This document shows, piece by piece, positions 8,771 through 15,020 of a stretch of 32,000 nucleotides of DNA; within the stretch, counting starts at the first letter, position 1; the number at the start of each line of letters is the position of its first letter. The translations under genes were made by a program, and so were the position numbers. This stretch comes from Phycisphaera mikurensis NBRC 102666 (GTDB taxonomy: Bacteria > Planctomycetota > Phycisphaerae > Phycisphaerales > Phycisphaeraceae), in NCBI RefSeq assembly GCF_000284115.1, contig NC_017080.1:2340001-2372000 (forward strand), read 5' to 3'. The notes below the pieces were generated by a model, which had not been told where the DNA came from, did not search any database, and was given only the letters and a program-made list of their open reading frames with translations.

Positions 8771-9082
8771 GTGAGATTCACCTGGACCGATGCGGTGATC
8801 TTGACCGTCATCTGCGACCGGAATGAGTCTGGCGGGTCGAGTTACAGCTCGATTCTCACTCACGGTGACTTCTATGCCCGGTGCATCCTCACCGACCTGG
8901 AGTACTTCGGTGGCCTGCACAGGCTGATCGCGGCTGGGCACATCTACCTGGACGACGAACTGCTGTTTGCCGAAGACGGAGCTCTTGACTACTACTCATC
9001 TCCACCTGATGGTCTTGAGTACGCGGAGCAGCTCCTGGAACACATGATGGCGTTTCTCGGCGTCACTTGGGCGGGCACCTAA
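8771..9082 (+). CDS. Cassette 2: hypothetical protein (103 aa)
   Basis: GTG start 14 nt after the cassette boundary. The TAA stop lies inside the R'' box (ACCTAAC), which is typical of cassette ORFs. No recognisable family. Confidence 0.5.
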   Translation: MRFTWTDAVILTVICDRNESGGSSYSSILTHGDFYARCILTDLEYFGGLHRLIAAGHIYLDDELLFAEDGALDYYSSPPDGLEYAEQLLEHMMAFLGVTWAGT

Positions 9083-9185
9083 CCAGGCGTTGCAGCGGAC
9101 CGGCAGTGCCCGCGGGTTTACAGTGCTCCCCCGGTTTCAGCTGCGTCGTCGCTCTGGCCGGCCGCTGAACGCTTCTTCGTTAGGC
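9077..9185 (+). repeat. attC 2 (R'' ACCTAAC, R' GTTAGGC)
   Basis: 109 bp. The core arms match attC 1. The right half is of the ...ccggtttcagctgcgtcgtcgctctggccggccgctgaacg... subtype. Confidence 0.88.
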
Positions 9186-9234
9186 GGCGATGAACGCGGT
9201 CCGGTCTTCCCTGTGTGTCCGCCGTCGCGCACGT

Positions 9235-9280
9235 CCGCGGACCGTCGGCGGTTCCGGCCGCCCGTCCCTGCGGTCCGCGG
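9235..9280. repeat. 46-bp hairpin element copy 2 (inside ORF-less cassette 3)
   Basis: CCGCGGACCG at 9235-9244 and CGGTCCGCGG at 9271-9280. The spacer is exactly 26 nt. Confidence 0.85.
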
Positions 9281-9412
9281 CGCGGTCGTCCGCTGCGGGC
9301 TGGCCGCACCTCGTCGGCCGGGCGTCGTCGCCGCTCGTTTCGCTGCGGTCGGCGTCGCGGCCCCGGCTCGCCGGCCATCCGGTCGGCGGCCCTCGCCGCT
9401 CTACGCGTCGCC

Positions 9413-9521
9413 GCCTAACCAGGCGTTGCAGCGGACCGGCAGGGTGTGCGGGTTTACAGTGCTCTTCCTGTTCCAGGCCCGCCGTCAATTCGGCCGGCCG
9501 CTGAACACTTCTTCGTTAGGC
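9413..9521 (+). repeat. attC 3 (R'' GCCTAAC, R' GTTAGGC)
   Basis: 109 bp, same subtype as attC 1. Confidence 0.88.
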
Positions 9522-9571
9522 CGCACCCCAAGCGGGCTTGTGCTGCTGCGCACTCGCGCCGTGTTGCCAAC

Positions 9572-9617
9572 CCGCGGACCGTCGCGGGTTTCGGCCCCTT
9601 TGCCCCACGGTCCGCGG
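9572..9617. repeat. 46-bp hairpin element copy 3 (inside ORF-less cassette 4)
   Basis: CCGCGGACCG at 9572-9581 and CGGTCCGCGG at 9608-9617, with a 26-nt spacer. Confidence 0.85.
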
Positions 9618-9755
9618 CGCCTTCTCCTGCTGCGGGTCCGCCGCGGCCGGCTCAATCCGCGGCCTCGCGGGTCCAGCGTCGCGGTTGCCGTTGCGGTTCA
9701 AGCTCCGCCCCGCTCTCGGTCAGGGCGCCGCCGTCTTCCACGCTCCCCGCGTGCG

Positions 9756-9865
9756 GCCCAACCAGGCGTTGCAGCGGACCGGGGGTGTGCGCGGGTTTAC
9801 AGTGCTTCCCCCGGATCCAGGCCGCCGTTGGGGTCGCCCGGCCGCTGATTGCTTCTTCGTTAGGC
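9756..9865 (+). repeat. attC 4 (R'' GCCCAAC, R' GTTAGGC)
   Basis: 110 bp. This is a third subtype (...cccccggatccaggccgccgttggggtcgcccggccgctgattgcttcttcgttaggc). Confidence 0.85.
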
Positions 9866-9874
9866 CGCATCAAT

Positions 9875-10225
9875 ATGGCTGGATACATTTCCTACTTTGA
9901 GATAGGGGCGGATGATGCAGGCAGTAGCCGTGACTTTTTCCGGGAACTCTTTGGCTGGCCGTTCCACTCGATGGGGGACGGCGACGAGGGCTACTTTGAG
10001 ACTCCCGGCGTCAAGGCTGGCCTGCATGGCGGCGACCAACATGCAGTTTTCTTGCCTTTCTTCGCTGTTGACGACCTCGCATCCGCGGCCGATCGGGTGA
10101 ATCAGCTCGGTGGGCATGCGGGCGAGGTTTCTGAAGAATCGGGCTTCGGCAGGTTCTGTATGTGCCAAGACCCACAGGGGGTCCGGTTCGGGTTGCACTC
10201 CGCTCCCACGGCAGGCGCGGCCTAA
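9875..10225 (+). CDS. Cassette 5: VOC (glyoxalase/bleomycin-resistance/dioxygenase) family protein
   Basis: ATG 10 nt after the cassette boundary. YFEIGADD...FFRELFGW.........G..AGLHG.......FFAVDDL....DRV..LGG........GFGRF..C.DPQG..FGL is the typical single-domain VOC fold pattern. The TAA stop lies inside R''. Confidence 0.8.
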   Translation: MAGYISYFEIGADDAGSSRDFFRELFGWPFHSMGDGDEGYFETPGVKAGLHGGDQHAVFLPFFAVDDLASAADRVNQLGGHAGEVSEESGFGRFCMCQDPQGVRFGLHSAPTAGAA

Positions 10226-10324
10226 CCAGGCGTCGCAGCGGACCGGCAGGGTGCGCGGGTTTACATCCTCCTGTTCCAGGCCCGCCGTCAGTTCGGCCGG
10301 CCGCTGAACGCTTCTTCGTTAGGC
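10220..10324 (+). repeat. attC 5 (R'' GCCTAAC, R' GTTAGGC)
   Basis: 105 bp, attC 1 subtype with a shorter centre. Confidence 0.88.
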
Positions 10325-10373
10325 GGCGGTGAACACGGTCCGTTCTTCCCCGTGTGTCCGCCGTCGCGCACGT

Positions 10374-10419
10374 CCGCGGACCGTCGGCGGTTCCGGCCGC
10401 TCGTCCCCGCGGTCCGCGG
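10374..10419. repeat. 46-bp hairpin element copy 4 (inside ORF-less cassette 6)
   Basis: Arms at 10374-10383 and 10410-10419, with a 26-nt spacer. Confidence 0.85.
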
Positions 10420-10551
10420 CGCGGTCGTCCGCTGCGGGGCGGCCGTACCTCGTCGGTCGGGCGTCGTCGCCGCTAGTTTCGCTGCGGTCGGCGTCGCGGC
10501 CCCGGCTCGTCAGCCATCCGGTCGGCGGCCCTCGCCGCTCTGCGCGTCGCC

Positions 10552-10660
10552 GCCTAGCCAAGCGTTGCAGCGGACCGGCAGGGTGTGCGGGTTTACAGTG
10601 CTCTTCGTGTTCCAAGCCCGCCGTCAGTTCGGCCGGCCGCTGAACGCTTCTTCGTTAGGC
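10552..10660 (+). repeat. attC 6 (R'' GCCTAGC, R' GTTAGGC)
   Basis: 109 bp, attC 1 subtype. R'' has one substitution. Confidence 0.85.
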
Positions 10661-10665
10661 GTACC

Positions 10666-11019
10666 TTGGCGAAACCGACTTCCGAAGCGGCTTGGCTCGG
10701 AGCGTTCGCCGCGATCGTCTGGACGTTCCCCATCGTTGCTCTATTTGCGCTTCTGTATCGGTTCCCGATTCCTTTCGCCGGGTACATGACCGGACCGGCA
10801 GCGGTTCCCCCGGCCATGCTGGCTGTCTTGTTCTACGGTGCGCTCGGGGGCGTCTTCGTTCAGCTCCTCGCGGGCTTGGGTGCCGGTGTGGCCGCTTGGT
10901 GGTGGGCCCGTCCCAACCGCAGCCGTAGCAACCGCTACGCAGTGGCGTTGGCCGCTCTTGCAGCCGTCCCGGGTGTGCTGCTCCTGGCAGTCCTCGACCA
11001 CCTCATCGGCCCGTGGTGA
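10666..11019 (+). CDS. Cassette 7: small hydrophobic membrane protein (about 3 predicted TM segments)
   Basis: The frame is open from the cassette boundary. The only start before the first TM segment is TTG at 10666; an ATG further in would give 73 aa. The sequence is strongly hydrophobic: AWLGAFAAIVWTFPIVALFALL..., AMLAVLFYGALGGVFVQLLAGLGAGVAAWWW, AVALAALAAVPGVLLLAVL. Confidence 0.5.
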   Translation: MAKPTSEAAWLGAFAAIVWTFPIVALFALLYRFPIPFAGYMTGPAAVPPAMLAVLFYGALGGVFVQLLAGLGAGVAAWWWARPNRSRSNRYAVALAALAAVPGVLLLAVLDHLIGPW

Positions 11020-11023
11020 GCAC

Positions 11024-11132
11024 GCCTAACCAGGCGTTGCAGCGGACCGGCAGTGTGTTGGGGTTTATGCTGCTCTCCCAATTCCAGCCGCAGCGTCGCT
11101 CTGGCCGGCCGCTGAACGCTTCTTCGTTAGGC
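11024..11132 (+). repeat. attC 7 (R'' GCCTAAC, R' GTTAGGC)
   Basis: 109 bp, attC 2 subtype. Confidence 0.88.
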
Positions 11133-11180
11133 CGCACCAGTCGGCCGGTGTCGTCGCGTCCACCAGACGGTCGGCGGGCG

Positions 11181-11226
11181 CCGCGGACCGTGCCCCGTTT
11201 CGCCGCCTTTCCGCTCCGGTCCGCGG
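11181..11226. repeat. 46-bp hairpin element copy 5 (inside ORF-less cassette 8)
   Basis: Arms at 11181-11190 and 11217-11226, with a 26-nt spacer. Confidence 0.85.
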
Positions 11227-11295
11227 CTTGGTGGTCGCTGTCGCTCCAACTCGCCCGCCCGCTCGGCCGGCCGCCTTCCACGCTCCCCGCGTGCG

Positions 11296-11405
11296 GCCTA
11301 ACCAGGCAATGTAGCGGACCGGGGGTGTGCGCGGGTTTACCGTGCTTCCCCCGGATCCGGGCCGCCGTTGGGGTCGCCCGGCCGCTGATCGCTTCTTCGT
11401 TAGGA
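11296..11405 (+). repeat. attC 8 (R'' GCCTAAC, R' GTTAGGA)
   Basis: 110 bp, attC 4 subtype. Confidence 0.85.
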
Positions 11406-11422
11406 CCCAACAGGTTCATCAG

Positions 11423-11719
11423 ATGTCAAAGCCAGACCAAATCGAGGTTGAGAACGTCAATCATCCCGATCGTCGACACAACGTGGACGCCACGAAGTAT
11501 CAAGCAGTGCGCAAGACGCTCTTGGAGATCCTGCCAGCGAAATCTCCAGGTTTGACGCAGAAGCAGGTCCAGGAGCAGATCAAGGCGAAGCTTCCCGATG
11601 AACTGTTCCCCGGCGGTGCCAAATCTGGCTGGTGGGCTAAGACCGTTCAACTTGATCTGGAAGCAAAGTCTATAATCGTCCGAGAGCGAACGACGCCGCT
11701 GCGTTGGTATCGCTCCTGA
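11423..11719 (+). CDS. Cassette 9: conserved hypothetical protein (98 aa)
   Basis: ATG start. The motif ...LFPGGAKSGWWAKTVQLDLEAKSIIVRE..PLRW resembles a widespread ~100-aa uncharacterised bacterial family that I recall. I do not assert a family name. Confidence 0.7.
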   Translation: MSKPDQIEVENVNHPDRRHNVDATKYQAVRKTLLEILPAKSPGLTQKQVQEQIKAKLPDELFPGGAKSGWWAKTVQLDLEAKSIIVRERTTPLRWYRS

Positions 11720-11720
11720 G

Positions 11721-11829
11721 GCTTGACCAGGCGTTGCAGCGGACCGGCAGTGGTCCTGGGTTTACACTGCTCCCCCGGCCCCAGCTGCGTCGGCGCTCTG
11801 GCCGGCCGCTGAACGCTTCTTCGTTAGGC
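11721..11829 (+). repeat. attC 9 (R'' GCTTGAC, R' GTTAGGC)
   Basis: 109 bp, attC 2 subtype. R'' is divergent. Confidence 0.8.
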
Positions 11830-11994
11830 CGCACCCAAAGCGGCCTTGTGCTGCTCCGCCAAGCGCCGTCTCGCCCATCCGCGGACTGTCGCGGGTTCTG
11901 GCCAGTCGGCCCCACCTCCCGCGACGCGGCGGCCTGGTGGCGTCTGCCGCCCTCTATCCACCTCTGGCTTCGGGTTCAAGCCCTTGGAGTTCCT

Positions 11995-12792
11995 TCAGAA
12001 AGTGAAGCGGAGGCCCGCCTCAACAGCGACACTTGGATCGGGGTCGTAAGTCCCACCGGCGATGTCTACCTCGGCCACGTCGAAGTACCGACCTCCAACG
12101 GTCAATGCGGCGTGACGAGAGAGCTTGACCGCGACACCCGCCGATGCGTTCCAAGCGAAGGCGAGGCCGGTTTCGTAATCGTCCGCGCTCGTCCCGAGGT
12201 TCTCGACATCGATGAGAACGCCCGCCACGCCGACGCCTCCGCCGACATAAATCTCGACGCGCCGGGTGACCGGGATGTCGACGAGGAGGTTGAGCGTCTC
12301 CACACCAGTAAGTACGTGGCCGAGGGAAGGGGGTGGGTCTTCATCAAACCGACGCTCGTCAAGCTCTTCCGGCTCGCTATAGGTGAGCAGCGACTGGTAC
12401 TCGAAGCGGATCGCCCCGAAGTCCCACCCGAGGTTGATACCCGCGAGTGCTCCATCCTCGAGAGTGATCTCCTCGTCGTCGGCGTAGGCAGCGTCGCCGA
12501 ACGAGGCGTAGCCGCCGAAGAAGCCGAGGGTGAAGCCGGTGTTGTCGAGATCGACGTCATCGGGAGAACGCAGCGGCTCGCGGGGGAAACGCTCATAGTC
12601 CTCAGCAGGGGAAGTCTCACGCGTTGGCTGCCAAGCGTTTCTGTCGATGTATCCGTCTGGAGGGTTCTGCTCAGCGGAGCGGACACTCTCCAAGAACGAG
12701 CGGTTGTATGCATCGATGTCGGTCTCGGCCAAAGGCTGCGTTGATGCGGCGGCGGCGGGGAGGAGGCCGATGACGGAAATGAAGGTCTTCAT
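11995..12792 (-). CDS. Cassette 10 (reverse orientation): outer-membrane beta-barrel protein (OmpA-like/porin-family barrel)
   Basis: ATG at 12792 gives the signal peptide MKTFISVIGLLPAAAAS. The sequence shows alternating amphipathic strands and ends in a C-terminal ...VEAGLRFTF with terminal Phe, the same ending as the OMP at 23248-23871. Confidence 0.8.
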   Translation of the reverse strand: MKTFISVIGLLPAAAASTQPLAETDIDAYNRSFLESVRSAEQNPPDGYIDRNAWQPTRETSPAEDYERFPREPLRSPDDVDLDNTGFTLGFFGGYASFGDAAYADDEEITLEDGALAGINLGWDFGAIRFEYQSLLTYSEPEELDERRFDEDPPPSLGHVLTGVETLNLLVDIPVTRRVEIYVGGGVGVAGVLIDVENLGTSADDYETGLAFAWNASAGVAVKLSRHAALTVGGRYFDVAEVDIAGGTYDPDPSVAVEAGLRFTF

Positions 12793-12948
12793 GGGAGGTG
12801 TTGAAGGCTCGCGGGTGGGTCCGGAGCCTATTGCCGCCCAGACAAGCTTGCAACGCGAGGCCGGGCGAGGCGGCCAGGGCTTAACCCCTTTTATTACCGC
12901 GGCTCTTCCGGTCACTCCTCAGCCTTCATTCACGCTCCCCCGCGTGCA

Positions 12949-13057
12949 GCCTAACCAGGCGTTGCAGCGGACCGGCAGTGCGTGCGGGCTTACAGTGTTC
13001 CTTCGGTTCCAGCTGCATCGTCGCTCTGGCCGGCCGCTGAACGCTTCTTCATTAGGC
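12949..13057 (+). repeat. attC 10 (R'' GCCTAAC, R' mutated to ATTAGGC)
   Basis: 109 bp, attC 2 subtype. The conserved G of the G/TT crossover point is replaced by A at 13051. Confidence 0.8.
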
Positions 13058-13109
13058 CGCACCAAGCAGGCCGCTGGGTTAACCTGTAGCTCTGCTCCCG
13101 AAATCATGT

Positions 13110-13616
13110 ATGAGACACCTTCGAACGATGCTCGGGGTCGCTTCCTTGCTCTGCTTCGTTTGCCTGCTGACGAGCTGTGGCGAGCTAGTGGAGATCGAGT
13201 ACGCGGACGATGTCGTGTTCCGCACCCATGGCGGCCGCTTCGACCAGCTGCATATGACCGGGGCGTACGTCCCCGCGGGAGGCAGTCCGCTCACGTTCGA
13301 CTTGGTGGTTGACGGAACTACTTTCGCGGCGACAGACTTGCAGACTCTTTCTTCGACACCGCCAGGCGGAAATAGGAAGACGAGCGTCACCCCGGAGGGG
13401 TTTTTCACCGACATCGTTTGGATCTTCCCCAGCAACAACTCCGTAAGAGCTGTCTACTTCGGGAACGATCTCTCGCTACTCTGGGTCAATTCTGGCAAAG
13501 CGGGTTCCGTTTCACTGGACTTTCACCGGGGTGTCCGCGTGGAGCTGCCAATTGCCCGTCGCGATCTTGACGCAGCACTTGGTGTACCGCTTCGCGTAGG
13601 CACGTGGGGTCTATAG
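13110..13616 (+). CDS. Cassette 11: putative lipoprotein (168 aa)
   Basis: MRHLRTMLGVASLLCFVCLLTSCGE is a signal peptide with a lipobox-like LLTSC. The rest has no recognisable family. Confidence 0.7.
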   Translation: MRHLRTMLGVASLLCFVCLLTSCGELVEIEYADDVVFRTHGGRFDQLHMTGAYVPAGGSPLTFDLVVDGTTFAATDLQTLSSTPPGGNRKTSVTPEGFFTDIVWIFPSNNSVRAVYFGNDLSLLWVNSGKAGSVSLDFHRGVRVELPIARRDLDAALGVPLRVGTWGL

Positions 13617-13645
13617 CTTGCTCCTCCTTGCGGTCCGCGCATGCG

Positions 13646-13754
13646 GCCTGACCAGGCGTTGCAGCGGACCGGCAGGGTGCGGGGGTTTACAATGCTCTCC
13701 CGGTTCCAGCTGCGTCGTCGCTCTGGCCGGCCGCTGAACGCTTCTTCGTTAGGC
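13646..13754 (+). repeat. attC 11 (R'' GCCTGAC, R' GTTAGGC)
   Basis: 109 bp, attC 2 subtype. Confidence 0.85.
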
Positions 13755-13802
13755 CGCACCAGTCGGCCGGTGTCGTCGCGTCCACCAGACGGTCGGCGGG
13801 CG

Positions 13803-13848
13803 CCGCGGACCGTGCCCCGTTTCGCCGCCTTTCCGCTCCGGTCCGCGG
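13803..13848. repeat. 46-bp hairpin element copy 6 (inside ORF-less cassette 12)
   Basis: Arms at 13803-13812 and 13839-13848, with a 26-nt spacer. The sequence is identical to copy 5. Confidence 0.85.
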
Positions 13849-13917
13849 CTTGGTGGTCGCTGTCGCTCCAACTCGCCCGCCCGCTCGGCCGGCCGCCTTC
13901 CACGCTCCCCGCGTGCG

Positions 13918-14111
13918 GCCTAACCAGGGGTGGCAAAAGGTGAGGTGGCAAAAGGTGACAGCCACCGATTCGAACCTCCGTGCATGGATTCGGTGCATCT
14001 AGCCAGATCGATTATCGGTGGCTGTCACCTTTATTGCCCTCACCTTTATTGCCCCCCCGGTCCCAGCTGCGTCGTCGCTCTGGCCGGCCGCTGAACGCTT
14101 CTTCGTTAGGC
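13918..14111 (+). repeat. attC 12, disrupted (R'' GCCTAAC at 13918, R' GTTAGGC at 14105; left arm replaced by inserted element)
   Basis: The canonical sequence is kept for gcctaaccagg and again from ~14053 (cccccggtcccagctgcgtcgtcgctctggccggccgctgaacgcttcttcgttaggc). The L''-side arm is missing. Confidence 0.75.
13929..14052. mobile_element. MITE-like non-autonomous element (~124 bp) with ~43-bp imperfect terminal inverted repeats
   Basis: Left end: ggtggcaaaaggtgaggtggcaaaaggtgacagccaccgat. Right end: atcggtggctgtcacctttattgccctcacctttattgccc. The inner 18 bp form a perfect inverted repeat. Each end contains a ~14-bp internal direct duplication. No ORF. Confidence 0.6.
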
Positions 14112-14118
14112 CTTTCCA

Positions 14119-14637
14119 ATGACGACGATTGATCCGGCCACATTGCCGAAAGGCGAACCCGAGGGCGGCTTCGATGAGATCCACCTCGCCGCGCGGCAGC
14201 GGGATTCAGACCGCGTCCGTACGTTGCTTGACTCCGGCGTGTCCCCCGATTTGCCGAATCGGAAAGAGCCCAACGGTGACGGAGGCAACACGCCGCTGTG
14301 GTTTGCTGTCCAAGGTGCCCTGGGCGGCGGTATGCCGGTTGCCGACGTGTTACTCGCTGCCGGTGCCGAGGTCAATGGCAGGTGTGAGTACGGAACCACC
14401 CCGTTGCACATGGCCGCTTCGTGGGGACATTTGGATATGGTCAAGTGCCTGATCGAGCACGGCGCCGATCCCACGACGCCGGACGACGAGGGGCGAACGC
14501 CGCGTCAGATGGCCGTATCGGGCTTGGCGAAGATGAAGCAAGACCCCATTCACGCCAAAACCTGCCACCCGCGGATCGAGCAGTGGCTGACCGCCATGCC
14601 GAAAGTGATCGCTCATTTGGAAGCGTGCGAGGCCTAA
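14119..14637 (+). CDS. Cassette 13: ankyrin-repeat protein
   Basis: ATG 8 nt after the cassette boundary. Repeats include IHLAARQRDSDRVRTLLDSGVSPD, NTPLWFAV......VADVLLAAGAEVN and TTPLHMAASWGHLDMVKCLIEHGADP....DEGRTP. The TAA stop lies inside R''. Confidence 0.85.
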   Translation: MTTIDPATLPKGEPEGGFDEIHLAARQRDSDRVRTLLDSGVSPDLPNRKEPNGDGGNTPLWFAVQGALGGGMPVADVLLAAGAEVNGRCEYGTTPLHMAASWGHLDMVKCLIEHGADPTTPDDEGRTPRQMAVSGLAKMKQDPIHAKTCHPRIEQWLTAMPKVIAHLEACEA

Positions 14638-14739
14638 CCACCGGCTGCAGTCGACCGGCGACGCCCGCGAGTAGAATTGTGTTGCCGGTGGTACGCCCCC
14701 TCCCGCGGGCAGCCGGCAACTGAGCCGTTTTCGTTAGGC
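14632..14739 (+). repeat. attC 13 (divergent sequence family; R'' GCCTAAC, R' GTTAGGC)
   Basis: 108 bp. The R boxes are the same but the interior is unrelated (ccaccggctgcagtcgaccggcg...cgcgggcagccggcaactgagccgttttc). The interior still forms an imperfect palindrome. Confidence 0.75.
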
Positions 14740-14762
14740 CGCACCAGCCTTGAGAGGTCCGC

Positions 14763-15020
14763 ATGAAGATCCCACTTGTTCAGCAGCATAATGGGCACCG
14801 CGTGCTCAGCTGGTCCGGCGTAGGCCTCGTCTGGCTGTTCGTGGCTTTCATTGCCACCGGTGCAGCCGCTGCAATGTCGTGGCTGCTGGGGTGGTACTCG
14901 TCAGCTCTCTTCGCCATCACGCTTCTCGTGCTGCCGTTGTTCATGGTCAGCCTTGGCGTCTGGTCAGGGCTCACCTGTGCGGTTAGCAAGCTCCATCCAC
15001 GCCCCCCGCGTGCGGCCTAA
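14763..15020 (+). CDS. Cassette 14: small membrane protein (85 aa, 2 predicted TM)
   Basis: ATG start. Hydrophobic segments VGLVWLFVAFIATGAAAAMSWLLGW and ALFAITLLVLPLFMVSLGVW. The TAA stop lies inside R''. Confidence 0.55.
   Translation: MKIPLVQQHNGHRVLSWSGVGLVWLFVAFIATGAAAAMSWLLGWYSSALFAITLLVLPLFMVSLGVWSGLTCAVSKLHPRPPRAA

Noticed and set aside
9090-10225. Long plus-strand ORFs reading through attC sites and ORF-less cassettes (e.g. 9090-9848, the 5' part of 9446-10225, 11013-11555, 13641-13943)
   Set aside because: They cross cassette boundaries and translate the conserved attC palindromes (...PNQALQRTG...GRPLNASSLG...) in every copy. They are Arg/Pro-rich. Only the 9875-10225 portion corresponds to a real (VOC) gene.
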